NCBI GenBank assembly: GCA_951406725.2
Contig: OX597823.1
Span: forward strand, 19,530,001-19,594,000
Length of the DNA: 64,000 bases
Direction of reading: 5' to 3'
DNA from: Octopus vulgaris
Lineage: Eukaryota
The notes below the pieces were generated by a model that was not told where the DNA came from, did no database searches, and saw only the letters and a list, made by a program, of their open reading frames with translations. Below, in pieces: positions 1 through 13,840 of this stretch. How positions within the stretch are numbered: position 1 is the stretch's first letter; each line of letters opens with the position of its first letter. Position numbers and translations under genes: made by a program.

Positions 1-474
1 ATATACATACATATATATATATATACACATATATACATACTTATATATATGCACATGTATATATACACATATACATACACATATATACATGCACACATAT
101 ATATACACGTATCTACATACACACATATATATACACGTATCTACATACACATATATACATATACACATATACATACACACATATACATACACATACACAC
201 ATATACATACACACATATACTTACACACACACACACATATATACATATATATACACACACATATACATATATATACACACACACATATATACATATATAT
301 ATATACATAGACACATATACATATAAACACACACACACACACACACATATATATACATACACATATATACATTCACATATATATATATATACATGTACAC
401 ACACACATATATATATATATATACATGTACATGCCTATATATATATATATACATGTACACACCTATATACATAT

Positions 475-505
<31 letters not shown>

Positions 506-764
506 AATACATATATACACACACACATACATGTCTGTGTGTGTTTATTGAATATGTGAGTCTGATGTGTTCAAAACCATGCCAACTCTAAGGAAATGGT
601 CCTTTGAACTGGGATGGACCTACTTCCATTCCAAGAGATGTTTGGCAAGGAAAGAAAAACCAGAAAATAAACCATAAAAGGAAACTACACACACGTGTGT
701 GTGTGTGTGTGTATGTATATATATATATACATACATACACATATATATATATATATACACACAC

Positions 765-797
<33 letters not shown>

Positions 798-936
798 TAT
801 ATACACACACACATATATACACATATATACATACACACACACATATATACATATATATATACACACATATATATATATATATATACACACACATATATAT
901 ACACACATATATATATATACACACACATATATATAT
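1..936. repeat. Compound (TA)/(CA) low-complexity microsatellite blocks (1-530 and about 686-936)
   Basis: Continuous mixed TA/CA/TACA dinucleotide runs; source of the HTYI/VCVY ORFs. Confidence 0.97.
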
Positions 937-2042
937 AGTGGGAAGAGAAAGAAAAGCAAAAATGAATTCTTCAAGTGTTTGTACATTAGTGTATGTTATT
1001 TAACCTGGTGTGTATACATGAGCCTATGTATGTATATATATATATATATGCATATAGATAGATATATTATACACACACACACGCACACATGTACATACAT
1101 CTATACAGATGTGTGCTCATAAACGTACACAACATGTAAACTGAGACTTGGGTGTGGCCTTCATCCTTTCCACATATCATTATCCAGCCAGAGAAATACA
1201 CCATCACCATCGCAGCAGCTGCCGTCGTCGCCACCCCTACTAGTATTTATGCATTGCCATCCCACCATCCACCCCCACCATTCCATCCAGCACGCCACCA
1301 CAACTACCATAACAGAATCACCATATTAGCTGGCACTCTCTCAAGTGACTTGTTTGTTATTCCCTTCAAGCACATGATTATTAGCCTTGCCCTCTTCTTC
1401 CCCCTCCTCTTCCTTCTTCCACCACCACCACCACCACTGTCGCCTTCCTCACAAACCTACTATCCTATACTTACTGTGTAAGAAGTTGAAGGAGCTAGTT
1501 ACGAACCGAGTGTATTGTGGTGTAATGTAATTTAGTGGAAGTGTAATATAAGTGTAGCGTAAGTGCAAGTGTAATATCAAGTGTAGTGAGGTGCCCCACC
1601 AAATTTCACTCATACGGGAGCCAAGATGCCACACGGTAGGATCAAACCTCAAAAAAACACAATTCACGCAGTTGTACCTGTGCCTCAGCCATGTAGAAAA
1701 TTGATGTGTGTGGCATGGTTGGTCTGGTGATTATTTCTTTTTTACATTAGAACAAAGGCCTGAATGTGTTGTGGAACGAAGCAGATCACTGAATCAATTC
1801 CTCATTTTTAACCAACCCTTTTTGCCTATCCAAAGTATTTTCATAAGTTTGTTTGAACGTGGCTGATGCCAGTACCCCTTGACTGGCCCCCATGCCGGTG
1901 GCACGTAAAAAGCACTATCTGAACATGATCGATGCCAGGCCCACCTGACTGGCTCCTGTGCTGGTGGTATATAAAAGCACCCACTACAGTCTCGGAGTGG
2001 TTGGCGTTAAGAAGGACATCCAGCTGTAGAAACATATATACA

Positions 2043-2198
2043 ATGGGCTTCTTTCAGCTTCTGTCTACAAAACCCACTCACAAGGCTTTGGTCAGCCAGA
2101 GACTAGAATAGAAGACACCTGCCCAAGATACCATGCGGTGGGACTGAACCCAGAACCATGTGGTTGGTAAGCAAGCTTCTTACCACACAGCCACTCCT
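2043..2198 (-). mobile_element. SINE family A, 5' half
   Basis: Matches the head half of the 44322-44717 copy. Confidence 0.85.
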
Positions 2199-3053
2199 TG
2201 CTTTCTAAGATAGGCACAAGGCTAAGAAACCATGTGGCAGGAGAGGGAGTTAGTTGATTATATCAACCCACAAGAAACTGAAGCCGTAAAAAAAAAACTG
2301 GTGTGTTTTAAGTATGAGTGAATCTATGAAAATTATGTAAAATGTTGTTTCTAAACTTTTGTAAAAAAAAAAAAACCTCACTCAGGGTAGAAAGCCCTTG
2401 GTAGGATTATAATTTATCAAGTTGGAACACAGTATATTACTGGTACTTAAATTGATACATGCATGGTTTTGTGGTTGGTCAATTACTGACCAACTCTCAT
2501 TTATCAGACTTGTGATCCAAACCATTCCAGCCATGCCCAAGTAGTGTGTCTCCAGGATCATTGCATTGTCCAATATATTGTTCTTCTTTGAAGGCCACAG
2601 TGTATGATTTGAGAGCAATTTGGCTGTTATATATTGCAGGTCGACAGAACACACAAGGGCTCTTTCATGTAATGAAGTTAGATATTTAACCAATTTTGCC
2701 AAACAAAATAATAATTCCTAACATATGCACAGAAGGTAGAAATTCAAGGAAATGGTCCAATTGGTTATATTAACCCGTCATTGGATGGAGCTTTATTTTA
2801 TTGGCTCCAGGAGGAGGAACAGTAAGGTTGATTGTCACATTTGTAAAGAGGTGCAACAAACACTACAAGACCCTTTCTCTGAGACTTTATTTAATGAGAC
2901 TTTGAGATTAACGAACCAGAACAGATAGTGCAAAGCAATTTTTTCTAACGCTCTAATGATTTTGTCAATCCAACACTAATACTGGAGGAGAGTACAATCA
3001 ATTAAATCAACCACCTGTATTTGATTGGTTCTTTATTTTATCAATCCTAAATA

Positions 3054-3238
3054 GGTGCAGGAGTGGCTGTGTGGTAAGTAGCTTGCTTACCAACCACATG
3101 GTTCTCGGTTCAGTCCCACTGCGTGGCACCTTGGACAAGTGTCTTCTGCTATTGCCTCGGGCCAACCAAAGCCTTGTGAGTAGATTTGGTAGACAGAAAC
3201 TGAAAGAAGCCTGTCGTATATATGTATGTGTATATATG
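3054..3238 (+). mobile_element. SINE family A, 5' half
   Basis: ggtgcaggagTGGCTGTGTGGtaag...GGTTCAGTCCC: Pol III A and B boxes, ending in the internal microsatellite. Confidence 0.88.
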
Positions 3239-3989
3239 TTGACCATGGCAGAATTTGAACTCAAAACATAGCAATGAGTGAAATGTTGGTAAGCATGTTG
3301 TCCAGTGTGCTAACGATTCTGCCAGCTCACCGCCTCAACAACAACAGTTCTGTTGCAATACTAGGCAGTGGTTACAGCAAATATTCTGCTCAATATTGTA
3401 GATTTGTTTGTTACTAGCTTGGCGGTAACCACTTGAGCATGTTTCTTAGTGGTTGACGATATGTGCATCTCTGATCATGCGCAACAGTATTTGGAAACAT
3501 GGGTGTTTTATCCATCATCCTAAATCCTTTAGCATTTAAACTAACCATATTCAGCCCAAATACTCCTTCCTGTTATATATTCAGACTAGCCAGATCTAGC
3601 CTTTCACACCTCCCCTACAATGTCAGTCTAAAAAAATAAACAACCACAACATCTAAATCTCTAGGATATGAGATAATGCTTGATTAATTCAAAACAATGT
3701 GAATAAATAAGCATTACATTTGACTGAGTAATCTGAATGCTAAATGGTTAAATAATCCTTATTCAGTAACCTTTTGAGTGGGATGGGCCACTCAATCTGA
3801 AGAAAATTCTAACTGGGCCCCACCCGCAATGCCATGTGTTGGTTATCTTGATATGAGGTCACCATGTTGTGCATATATGGTTGAGGTGCCTGGTGTACCC
3901 TTATTAGCTGAGTAGTCATGATGAGTATATAGGGCTTCACATATTTGTACCCCAGTGCCACTCTGATGGCATGCATTGCACTCTCACTT

Positions 3990-4215
3990 AATAATAATAA
4001 TAATCCTTTCTACTATAGGCACAAGGCCTGAAATTTTGGGGGAGGGGGCTAGTCAATTAGATTGACCCCAGTATGCAACTGGTACTTAATTGACTCCGAA
4101 AGGATAAAAGGCAAAGTTAACCATTGTGGAATTTTAACTCAGAACATAAAGATGGACAAAATGCCACTAAGCATTTTGCTCAGCATGCTAACAATTATGT
4201 CAGCCCGACGCCTAA
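3990..4215 (-). mobile_element. SINE family B with (ATT)n tail
   Basis: Reverse complement of ...gcctttcatcctttcgggg...taagtaccag...ccttgtgcctatagtagaaaggattattatt. Confidence 0.8.
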
Positions 4216-4612
4216 TAATAATAATAATAATAATAATAATATGGTAGATGTGATGTTGAAAGTGGTGGTGGCTATGGTGTCAGTGGTGATGGTGTTGTAC
4301 AGATGTAGTATAAGCAATGTGAATGGTGATTTCATTCACGAAATCATGCAAAACATAAAATTGATAACAGGTTGTTCTAATGTTACTGCCAGTCCACAGG
4401 CCTTAATAAATTATCACATTGGCACAATGCTTGATATTTATAAAGGCAGAAATACTGGGGTTAATTCATTTAGTAAAGTACCCCTTCAATGCTTCACTGC
4501 CCTCTAATGAGAGATAAGGCTGACTTATCTGAGGAATCTGTGCAAACAATGTAAAATGATAAAACTAAATGATGTAGGGGCTTTACTTTCTCCTGTTGTT
4601 ATATTTAGTTTC

Positions 4613-5002
4613 GTGGAGGCGCAATGGCCCAGTGGTTAGGGCAGCGGACTCGCGGTCATAGGATCGCAGTTTCGATTCCCAGACCAGGCGTTGTGACTGT
4701 TTATTGAGCGAAAACACCTAAAAGCTCCACGAGGCTCCGGCAGGGGATGGTGGTGATCCCTGCTGTACTCTTTCACCACAACTTTCTCTCACTCTTACTT
4801 CCTGGTTCTGTTGTACCTGTATTTCAAAGGGCCGGCCTTGTCACTCTCTGTGTCACACTGAATATCCCCGAGAACTACGTTAAGGGTGCACGTGTCTGTG
4901 GAGTGCTCAGCCACTTACACGTTAATTTCATGAGCAGGCTGTTCCGTTGATTCGGATCAACCGGAACTCTCGTCGTCGTAACCGACAGAGTGCTTCCATT
5001 CC
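4613..5002 (+). mobile_element. Full-length tRNA-derived SINE, family E
   Basis: A box TGGCCCAGTGG, B box GTTTCGATTCC, (TTCCA)n tail and a 12-bp TSD ATATTTAGTTTC at 4601-4612 and 5003-5014. Confidence 0.9.
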
Positions 5003-5385
5003 ATATTTAGTTTCAAATTTTAGCACAGTTTTGAGAGATGGAGTAAGTTGAGTGGTGAAGGCACATGGCCTAGTGGTTAGGGTGTTGCATTCATGATCAC
5101 TTGATTGTGGGTTCAATTCCTGGACTGTTAAAATCAATTAATGTATCAGTGTATTAAGTTTAGTGTCCAACAACCAGGGTAGGGTTTGAACTCATCAGAA
5201 TGTAAAGAACCAGAACAAACTGAACAAGGCGTTCTATTCAAGGCTCTACTGACTCTGTCAATTAATTCTCTGCCACCAAGTCAGATTTGTGGAAATTCCA
5301 CAGGAAGCCGGCGGACGGACGATGAAATAACTTATAATGAATAGTAGAGAAAGGTATACACACAAAGAAGAGATTACAATGATTT

Positions 5386-5495
5386 CACCACCACCACCAC
5401 CACCACCACCACCACCACCACCACCACCACCACCACCACCACCACCATCAAACACAAATGTCATCATTGTTGTCACCACCACCACCACCACCACC
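5386..5495. repeat. (CCA)n trinucleotide microsatellites
   Basis: Visible pure CCA runs; source of the poly-P and poly-G ORFs. Confidence 0.95.
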
Positions 5496-5892
5496 ATAAG
5501 TCACAATGTCCGGGTTCGTGTCTCATGGTACAAGACCAGAAAGTCTTTTTACTTTTTATTTTTTTGTTCTTTGTTTGGTGAGGTAGAAGAGAACTGGCCA
5601 ATTAAACCCACCTCGGTACTTGACTTGTACTTACATCTAACCAATAAGAGAGTCTCTATGTGGTTGCTCGTTCTACCATGAATAACAGCCAATTTCTCTC
5701 AAATCATATCCTACTATCTTACATTAAAAAAACCTGCACATTCCAAGGCAATCTGATCCCGAGTTCACTGCACATAAAGCTGGAATGGTCACAGTTGGAA
5801 TGTATTTGATCATAGCCCTGCTCAACCAGATCTGATCTGATCTGAGGCAAAAGAACAGCGACATTTTAAAAATTATATTTAGTCATCCCTCA

Positions 5893-6320
5893 AGCTGCGA
5901 GCTGGCAGAAACATTAGCACGCTGGGCAAAATGCCTCATGGTATTTCATCTGTCTTTACGTTCTGAGTTCAAATTCCGCCGAGGTTGACTTTACCTTTCA
6001 TCCTTTCAGGGTCGATAAATTAAGTACCAGTTATGCACTGGGGTCGATGTAATCGACTTAATCCCTTTGTCTGTCCTTGTTTGTCCCATCTATGTTTAGC
6101 CCCTGGTGGGCAATAAAGAAATAAGAAACGTTAGCATGCTGGGCAAAATGCTTAACGGTATTTCATGTCTTTACATTCTGAGTTCAAATTCCGCCGAGGT
6201 CAACTTTGCCTTTCCTCCTTTCAGGGTTGATAAATTAAGTACCAGTTGCATACTGAGGTTGATCTAATCAACTGGCCCTCCTCCACCAAAATTTTGGACC
6301 TTTAGCCTAAAAGAAAAGTA
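5893..6320 (+). mobile_element. Dimeric SINE family B (tail-type-1 monomer fused to a 5'-clipped tail-type-2 monomer)
   Basis: Two successive GAGTTCAAATTCCGCCGAGGT B boxes, joined at aaagaaataag|aaacgttagc (about 6117-6135). Confidence 0.85.
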
Positions 6321-6572
6321 TATTTAGTCATACCCATGTAAATTCTATCAGGCATAAGACCAATCTTAGGTCGAACAAGTCAATTCTAATATTGGTACAA
6401 AAGTACAAATTTGAGGACGTTTTTTTTTTTATTAAATTAAACCTTCATGAACCCAATTCCACCCATCTTAGACTAACTTGATTTTATGACACAAACGTTC
6501 TGTTTGAAAGTAATATAGTAAAACCTGCCATCAAAGTTTCATGCTAATTTTTGCTTCTGAGAACTAGCTTAA

Positions 6573-6794
6573 CCCTTTTGATACCAACCCGGCCAAAACT
6601 GCCTCTGGCTCTGTAGTACAAATGTCTTACTTTCATAAGTATTGAATTAAAATCTTCCACCAAACCTTAGTCACAATTTATGTTCACAACACTAGCTGAA
6701 TGATAACTAAGTTCTTTCACTAAATTCTTTTTTATATTTAAAATTAATTGAATGAAACACAGAGCATCTCAAAATAAATATGGTAACGAAAGGG
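6573..6794. mobile_element. piggyBac-type MITE, family P2
   Basis: TTAA|CCCTTTTGATACC...GGTAACGAAAGGG|TTAA; other copies at 28266, 50300 and 58937. Confidence 0.9.
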
Positions 6795-6999
6795 TTAATA
6801 GCTCTTTCTACTATAGACACAAGGCCTGAAATTTGGGGTGGGTGGGTGTGTGTGTGGGGGGAGGCTAGTTGATTACTAGTTGATTACATAGATCTAGTTG
6901 ATTACATAGATCCATCCCAATGTTCGACTGGTACTTATTTAATCAATATCAAAAGGATGAAAATCAGAGTTGGAATTAGAAGAATTTGGACTCTGAGAG

Positions 7000-7183
7000 T
7001 CTCCCAACATCGCTTGACAACCGATGCTGGTGTGTTCATGTCCCCGTAACTTAGCGGTTCAGCAAAAGAAACCGATAGAATAAGTACTAGGCTTACAAAG
7101 AATAAATCCTGGGGTCAATTTGCTCGACTAAAGGCGGTGCTCCAGCATGGCCGCAGTCAAATGACTGAAACAAGTAAAAGAGA
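7000..7183 (+). mobile_element. SINE family A, 3' half
   Basis: ...ggcggtgctccagcatggccgcagtcaaatgactgaaacaagtaaaagag tail. Confidence 0.87.
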
Positions 7184-7899
7184 TGCAACTTTTACATTTT
7201 TTTTATTTAAATGATTTTACACCTCATGACTTTTATTGCCAATAGTTTATGTTTGCACAAACAAATTTTAAGTTAAAGATTCCTTGTCATATGGATGTTA
7301 TAGCATAAAATATGGTCATGGGGGGGCCAACTGGACCCCATTGGCCTTCTGTGAAATTATTATTTTCTGTTCTTTTTTTCAGATATTCTGATGAACTATA
7401 AGTCAATTTTCTTCATATTTGTAGTAGTACAAATCAATATACATTTTTTCTTTTATTCTTTTTGTTTTATTTTATAATTAGTGCTACATGTACAGCTTAT
7501 AAAACAATAAAAAAAAATAAGTGCTAAATTTCTTGTTCTGTATCAAGCGCTCACACGTATATATTCAAGATTAAACAAATATTACTTTATGGATAGTGTG
7601 GAAATGCACAAAAATAAAAGGGGACCCCAATGGCCTTTTGTGTAATTCCAACCCCGCTGGCCCACGAAGGGGTAATAATGTTAAAATTATTTTCCTAAAT
7701 TCCTCATCATTTTCAAAACTTATTGAAGCAAAGACAACAGATTTCAGCAGGAATATGGTAACAAGACTGATTAAATAGATCCCTACAATTAATTAATTTG
7801 GTACTTGTTTTATAAGGGTACCTATAATACCTAGTAAAGGTGGGTGGGTGTTGATACAAAATGGACCATGGCAGAGATGGAATTCAGGGTGGAAGAGAA

Positions 7900-8260
7900 T
7901 CTCTTTTATCTCTTTTACTTGTTTCAGTCATTTGACTGCGGCCATGCTGGAGCACCACCTTTAGTCGAGCAAATCGACCCCGGGACTTATTCTTTGTAAG
8001 CCCAGTACTTATTGTATCAGTCTCTTTTGCCGAACCGCTAAGTGATGGGGACATAAACACACCAGTATCGGTTGTCAAGCAATGCTAGGGGGACAAACAC
8101 AGACACACAAACACACATATATATATACATATATATACGACAGGCTTCTTTCAGTTTCCGTCTACCAAATCCACTCACAAGGCATTGGTCGGCCCAGGGC
8201 TATAGCAGAAGACACTTGCCCAAGATGCCACGCAGTGGGACTGAACCCGGGACCATGTGT
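7900..8260 (-). mobile_element. SINE family A, young subfamily, 5'-clipped
   Basis: Near-identical to 40493-40899 and 44322-44717. Confidence 0.9.
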
Positions 8261-9199
8261 GTAATGTAACTGAAAACCCACAAGGAATACAAGCTTCTAA
8301 ACTGGAGGGGGCAGGACAGGAGACATAATGTTGTAGTAGTAGTAGTAGTAGTAGTAGTAGTATATGTTCAACTACTACTACTACTACTACTGTACATATG
8401 GTTGCAATCAGTTGGTCAGGACTTGAATGCTCAGCAAACCTGTACGCATACATGCAGGTGCACAGCTAAGTTGCAAGCAGAATGGGAGTAGGAGCTGTGT
8501 GGGGAAAAGGAAGAAGAGTTGGAGTAGGAGTAAACAATGTAGGAAGGAGAGAGAGAGTGAGAGAGAGAGAGAGGTGGGGGAGAGGGGTAAAAAGAACCGT
8601 CTCCAGCTTTTACACGGATACAGGCACAGTAGCGGTGACGCTACAGTTGTTATTGTCCCAGAGGAATATTAAAAAGAGAAAAAAAAAAAAAAAAAAAGAA
8701 AGAAACTACCAACAAATGTGCAGCTGCAATGTCAGGCATTTTAAAAAAATCTTTATATAAGTTTTTAGTTGTTAACAACAACAACAACAACAATAACGAC
8801 ACAAAAACAGATTTCAAATAAATGAGAAAAAAAAAAAAACTGAACTGGAAATACAAATTATAAAAACATGAAAAATTGTACTTTGACAGGTGAAAATATA
8901 AAAAGGACAAAAAGAACATACAGTTAATAAATAACAAATATGAAAAGGTAAATATTTTCTGGAAAATTTTCATTGAATTACAAAGAAAGAAATACACAAA
9001 AAAAGACATTGTATGGCATTTTGTGTGTTTCATTCTTTTGGTAGGCACCCTACATATTTGAATATAAAATGACTCAACTTTTATCATGTAATTTCATAAT
9101 AATTTGTGTGTTCGAGTTTATGAGCAAGAGAAGAAGTACTCAATACCAAAGTAGAGTATAATTATATTGTTGTGGTGGTCAATGCCAGTGTACTGAGAC

Positions 9200-9485
9200 T
9201 GGTGTAGCTGGCACCCACGCCGTCAGCTTCGTCTGGCCTCCGTGCCAGTGGCACATAACAAACACCATCCGATCGTGGCCGTTTGCCAGCCTCGTCTGGC
9301 ACCTGTGCCGGTGGCACGTAAAAAGCACCCACTACACTCACGGAGTGGTTGGCGTTAGGAAGGGCATCCAGCTGTAGAAACACTGCCAGATCAGACTGGG
9401 CCTGGTGCAGCCTCCTGGCTTCCCAGACCCCAGTTAAACCGTCCAACCCATGCTAGCATGGAAAGCGGATGTTAAACGATAAACG
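9200..9485 (+). mobile_element. Family C retroelement 3' end ((GAT)n-tailed SINE or LINE tail)
   Basis: gtgccggtggcacgtaaaaagcacc modules, ggttggcgttaggaagggcatccagc core and a ggatgttaaacgat end. Confidence 0.8.
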
Positions 9486-10299
9486 AGTCTCACAGAGGCC
9501 GTGATTGGTGGCCAAGACCTTTGGTCTTATACCATGCTTGAGAAAACCTGCCAAGTGTGGTTGATGCTGGTGTCACGTAAAAAGCACCCGTCAAACATTG
9601 GGCCTCGCAGAGGTAGTGACAGGTGACCGAGACCTTTGCTGTGCTTGAGAAGATCTGCCAAGCCAAGTGAAATCATAGTCATAGCTGACACTGGTGTCAT
9701 GTATCTGGCATTGGTGCCGGTGGTATGTAGAGAGCACCCTTTGAATATTGTCACATGTTTAGTCAAACAAATTGACCCCTCCCCACCACCACCAATACTG
9801 ATTTCTTTCAAGTCTGGTATTTATACTATTGATAACTTCGTTACAAGGATGTCAACAAACTAACACTGGTTGGCAAGCGATGTTGGGGGACAAACACAAA
9901 TGTGTGTGTGTGTTTTGTGTGTGTCTGCATGTGCATCTGTGTGTATATATCTATCCATAAGCACACACATTATATCTACACAATGGGCTTCTTCCGGTTT
10001 GTCAACCGAATCCATTCACAAGACATTGGACAGCTAGGGACTACAGTGGAAGATGGATGGATGGATGGATGGATGGATGGATGTATGTATGTACGTACGT
10101 GTCTGTCCTCCCCACCCAACATTGCTTGACAACCGGTGCTGGTGCCTTTACATCCCCCTAACTTAGCAGTTCAGCAAAAGAGACTGATAGACTAAGTACT
10201 AGGTTTACAAAGAATAAGTCCTGGGGTTGATTTGCTCAATTAAAGGCGGTGCTCTAGCATGGCCGCAGTCAAATGACTGAAACAAGTTAAGGAATAAAA

Positions 10300-10337
<38 letters not shown>

Positions 10338-10399
10338 AATACATGTAATTCCTAATGAATGAGCTGAGTGCCCTTTCTTTCATTTGTCCACTGTCTGTC

Positions 10400-10540
<141 letters not shown>

Positions 10541-10947
10541 GAACACATACACACACATATTCATTTAAATATAAAATATGTCAATTTTTGGTGACACCAC
10601 CTATTTTTCTTAATGAGGAATGTGTGTGTGTGTGTGTGTCATTATTATCGTTGTTTTAAAGTTATGTTTTTCCCATTACTTTAAGTTTCGAACTGTTGAG
10701 GCATTCAGCAGATGGTATGTCAATAAAATTTTTTTAGAAACACATACATTTCTTAAATTCTTCACTGATATACCATCCGATGAATGTCTGTGTGGTACGA
10801 CGACTGGAGAGGAAGCTGGGGGAAGGATTCAACTTGAACAGTAATATATTAGTTTTTAACACAACACTCATTTATTCACTAATACTCTACAGGGCGTATT
10901 GAGCACTCTTAACTTTGTTCATATTACTACTTACAAATATTTATGCA

Positions 10948-10995
<48 letters not shown>

Positions 10996-11199
10996 TTTGT
11001 ATGACGATATCATGTGAAACTTAAATTGTTTAAATCTTTTTAATTTTATTTCAGAAGAGAAAATTTTTGAAATAAAAAATAAAAACAAACTAAACTGTGC
11101 ATCATTTTTAAGCATAGAGGGTTAGTACACTTGATTCATCTTTCCGTTTATCCACACCTGAATAGAACCAAAAATCACCACTGGGTTAACGTAACATAC

Positions 11200-11322
11200 C
11201 TGCACTTCTCTTGAGCCACTTGACGTCTGGTTCTTGCGTGACACCCACTGAATTTTGTTGTAGTTGAAAATAGCAAATGATTGTTCCCAGTCGGTAATGA
11301 GAACAGCTTGGAATGTATTTCT
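11200..11322 (-). CDS. Next internal exon (123 nt, phase 0/0) of the same NIDO-domain gene
   Basis: Translates [41 protein letters not shown], matching the NIDO core NTFQxVLxTDGxxSFxIFNYxxIxW. Acceptor tactttcAG|AGA and donor CAG|GTATGT. Phase and protein order continue directly from the 59342 exon. Confidence 0.92.
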
Positions 11323-12298
11323 CTGAAAGTACACAGTAGTCATTTTGTTTTTAAGAAAGAAAATCACAAGGAATTACTTTGACAGTCATTGGAAAGAGTG
11401 TACAACATTCAAAAGAAAATACGCAAATCAAACAAAATTACAAAGGATTGTTGAAATTTTGGTCCCAAAAGAAGTTCGTTTTCAAAGTCCCACCCAACTT
11501 TCTTTCATTTCTTTTTTGTTTTGGTATGAAATTTCAAATTTGTAAAACAGATTATTTTGATGGCTTGTGCAGCTTTTAACTCTTTGTGTTCACGATAACT
11601 TACTGATAATTTGATTCTAAATAAAGCAGAAGCATTAAACAGGCTGAATCTGGCCAAAATATTCTATCTGCTTCATGTCCCAACTGGCCAGATCTGGTCC
11701 CCTCACAACTACCCAACAATGCCATTGTAAAAATTAGCTATTACATCATTGAAATCTTGAAGCCACAAGATAATGCATGATCAATTCAAAACAATGCGAA
11801 TATATAAGCACTAAATTTAACAGAATAATCTGAATGGTAGAGAGTTTAGAGATACAAAAATGACATGGATGGCTGAGATGTGCTGTCGATAATAAGATTT
11901 TTTTTGGGGGGGGGATCTTAAACAGCATTATTAATCCTTGCACACCATCAGGGGGCTTACTCTTGAATATCGACATTATACCAGACAGGATTTCAACAAG
12001 GAACTTTATTTCTAAACTAAACATAACTTCCAAATGAATTATGTGTGTGTGTGTATGTATACATACATACTTATATATATGTATGTATGTGTATATATAC
12101 ATATATATATATATATACACATACATACATACATTCATTTATATATGTGTGTATACATGGATATATATATGTATACATATATATAAGTATGTATACATAC
12201 ACACACACACACACACACATATATATGTATGTATACATATATATAAGTATGTATACACACACACATATATATATATATACATATATATAAGTATGTAT

Positions 12299-12347
<49 letters not shown>

Positions 12348-12348
<1 letters not shown>

Positions 12349-12609
12349 ACAATAATAACAAATGCACCCTATTAAAGCCTAGCCAGGCTCATGGGCCCGG
12401 TTTTCCGGTTTCTGTGGTGTATGTGTTCCCCAGCTGGACGGACGCCAGTCCATCGCAGCGTTACTCATTTTTGCCAGCTGAGTGGACTGGAGCAATGTGA
12501 AATGAAGTGTTTTGCTCAAGAACACAATGAGTCGCCCGGTCCAGGAATCGAAACCACAATCTTACGATCATGATGCTGACACCCTAACCACTAAGCCACA
12601 TGCCTCCAC
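12348..12609 (-). mobile_element. tRNA-derived SINE, family F
   Basis: Minus strand gtggaggcatgTGGCTTAGTGG...GGTTTCGATTCC...tgcgatggactggcgtcc (V-SINE-like motif from recollection); a degenerate copy lies at about 45780-46000. Confidence 0.8.
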
Positions 12610-12668
12610 ACACACACACACATATATATATATATACATATATAGATATATATATAAATATATATATA

Positions 12669-12792
12669 CAGGGTGATTCAAAAGTCGCCATACATAAGAA
12701 AAATTTTTTTTAAAGAAAAAATTTTTTTTTATTTAACTGTTTCTTATAAAAAAAATTAATTTTCCTATGTATGTAACTTTTGGATCACCTTG
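12669..12792. mobile_element. Tc1/mariner-type MITE
   Basis: TA|CAGGGTGATTCAAAAGT...ACTTTTGGATCACCTTG|TA, with the inverted repeat extending into catacata/tatgtatg. Confidence 0.8.
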
Positions 12793-13805
12793 TATATATT
12801 CATCAATTTGTGCTGCAAAATAAAACTCTATAAAGAGCATGGATACATACAACATACCAGGTGAACTCATACACACACACAAACGCATGCACAAGAGATT
12901 TCATGGACGGCCACAACAATGTCAAGAACACGATTAACAATGACAGCAGCAGTGGTGGTGACAACAGTGGCAATAACAACAACACCAACTCCCACGATGG
13001 CAAAACCATGGGTGAACACACATACACAGAGGGATACTGGAACTGTACTGTAATTCTGGGTCTTAGGACAGCAGCAGCACAATGGGGTGAGAGGATGGAG
13101 CTGAAGGGAATGCCACACTGCTGCTTAAAGCTAGGACGTACACTCAAGCATACACACATACACAAAGAGGGACACAAATGCATGTGCACATAAGGATACA
13201 CATCTTAGAAGACCAGAACGGAGTAAGTGGAGCAAGAACACACAGGAAAACCAAAAGTGCCGCTAAAGAAAAAATCTGATGACAACAAAATGGTTGAAAT
13301 AGCTGACATGTAACTATTGAAAACTTTTTCAAGATAAACTTTTCAAGATAAGTTTGGAAAACTATAATCTTCTTAAGAATATTATTTAAAATCCTATGTA
13401 AAAACAGGTGTGTCTCGGTAGGGACCTGACCAAAATGCCACACAGTGGGACTGATCCTGAAACCGTGCAGTCCTAAGCATGCAGCCATACCTGCACTTTT
13501 ATGGAGACTTGATTTTACTGCATGCCATCTAGGGCAAGTATCTTCTGTTATATCCTTGGGCTGACCAAAGATTTGTGAGTTGATTTGGAAGGTGGAAATA
13601 TATATATACCATCATCATCATCATCATCGTTTAACATCCACTTTCCATGCTAGAATGGGTTGGACGATTTTGACTGAGGGCTGGCGAACCAGATGGCTGC
13701 ACCAGGCTCCAATCTTGATCTGGCAGAGCTTCTACAGTTGGATGCCCTTCCTAACGCCAACCACTCCAAGATATATATATATATATACATTTCATATATA
13801 TCATG

Positions 13806-13840
<35 letters not shown>

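Noticed and set aside
49-1122. Long ORFs rich in H/T/Y/I or V/C/Y (also near 10.3k, 12k, 15k, 22k and 25.4k)
   Set aside because: They are translations of TA/CA/GT microsatellites, which lack stop codons in several frames; they are not genes.
4613-4690. tRNA-like sequences with A and B boxes (also at 5054, 16115, 35810, 44322 and 54803)
   Set aside because: They are SINE heads followed by SINE bodies and TSDs; no complete cloverleaf with an acceptor stem was seen, so they are not called as tRNA genes.
5258-5332. CpG-rich patch after a minus-strand AG that could be a terminal exon (LFHRPSAGFLWNF or ISSSVRRLPVEFPQI*)
   Set aside because: Weak acceptor and no convincing NIDO C-terminal similarity; the AGF match is probably chance.
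8072-8269. Recurrent peptides such as RQASFSFRLPNPLTR, DGLLSVSVYQIHSQG, FLQLDALPNANHS and MGLHLESYPP
   Set aside because: They are reading frames through SINE A, family C and SINE D copies; the recurrence reflects repeat copy number, with frameshifts between copies.
9236-9335. Repeat-spacer pattern resembling a CRISPR array
   Set aside because: Eukaryotic context, only 2-4 degenerate units, spacers shared among dispersed copies and no cas genes.
10745-10830. Possible minus-strand exon bounded by cctctccAG and GTATGT
   Set aside because: No frame gives recognisable protein similarity, and the frames that would continue in phase 0 hit a stop.
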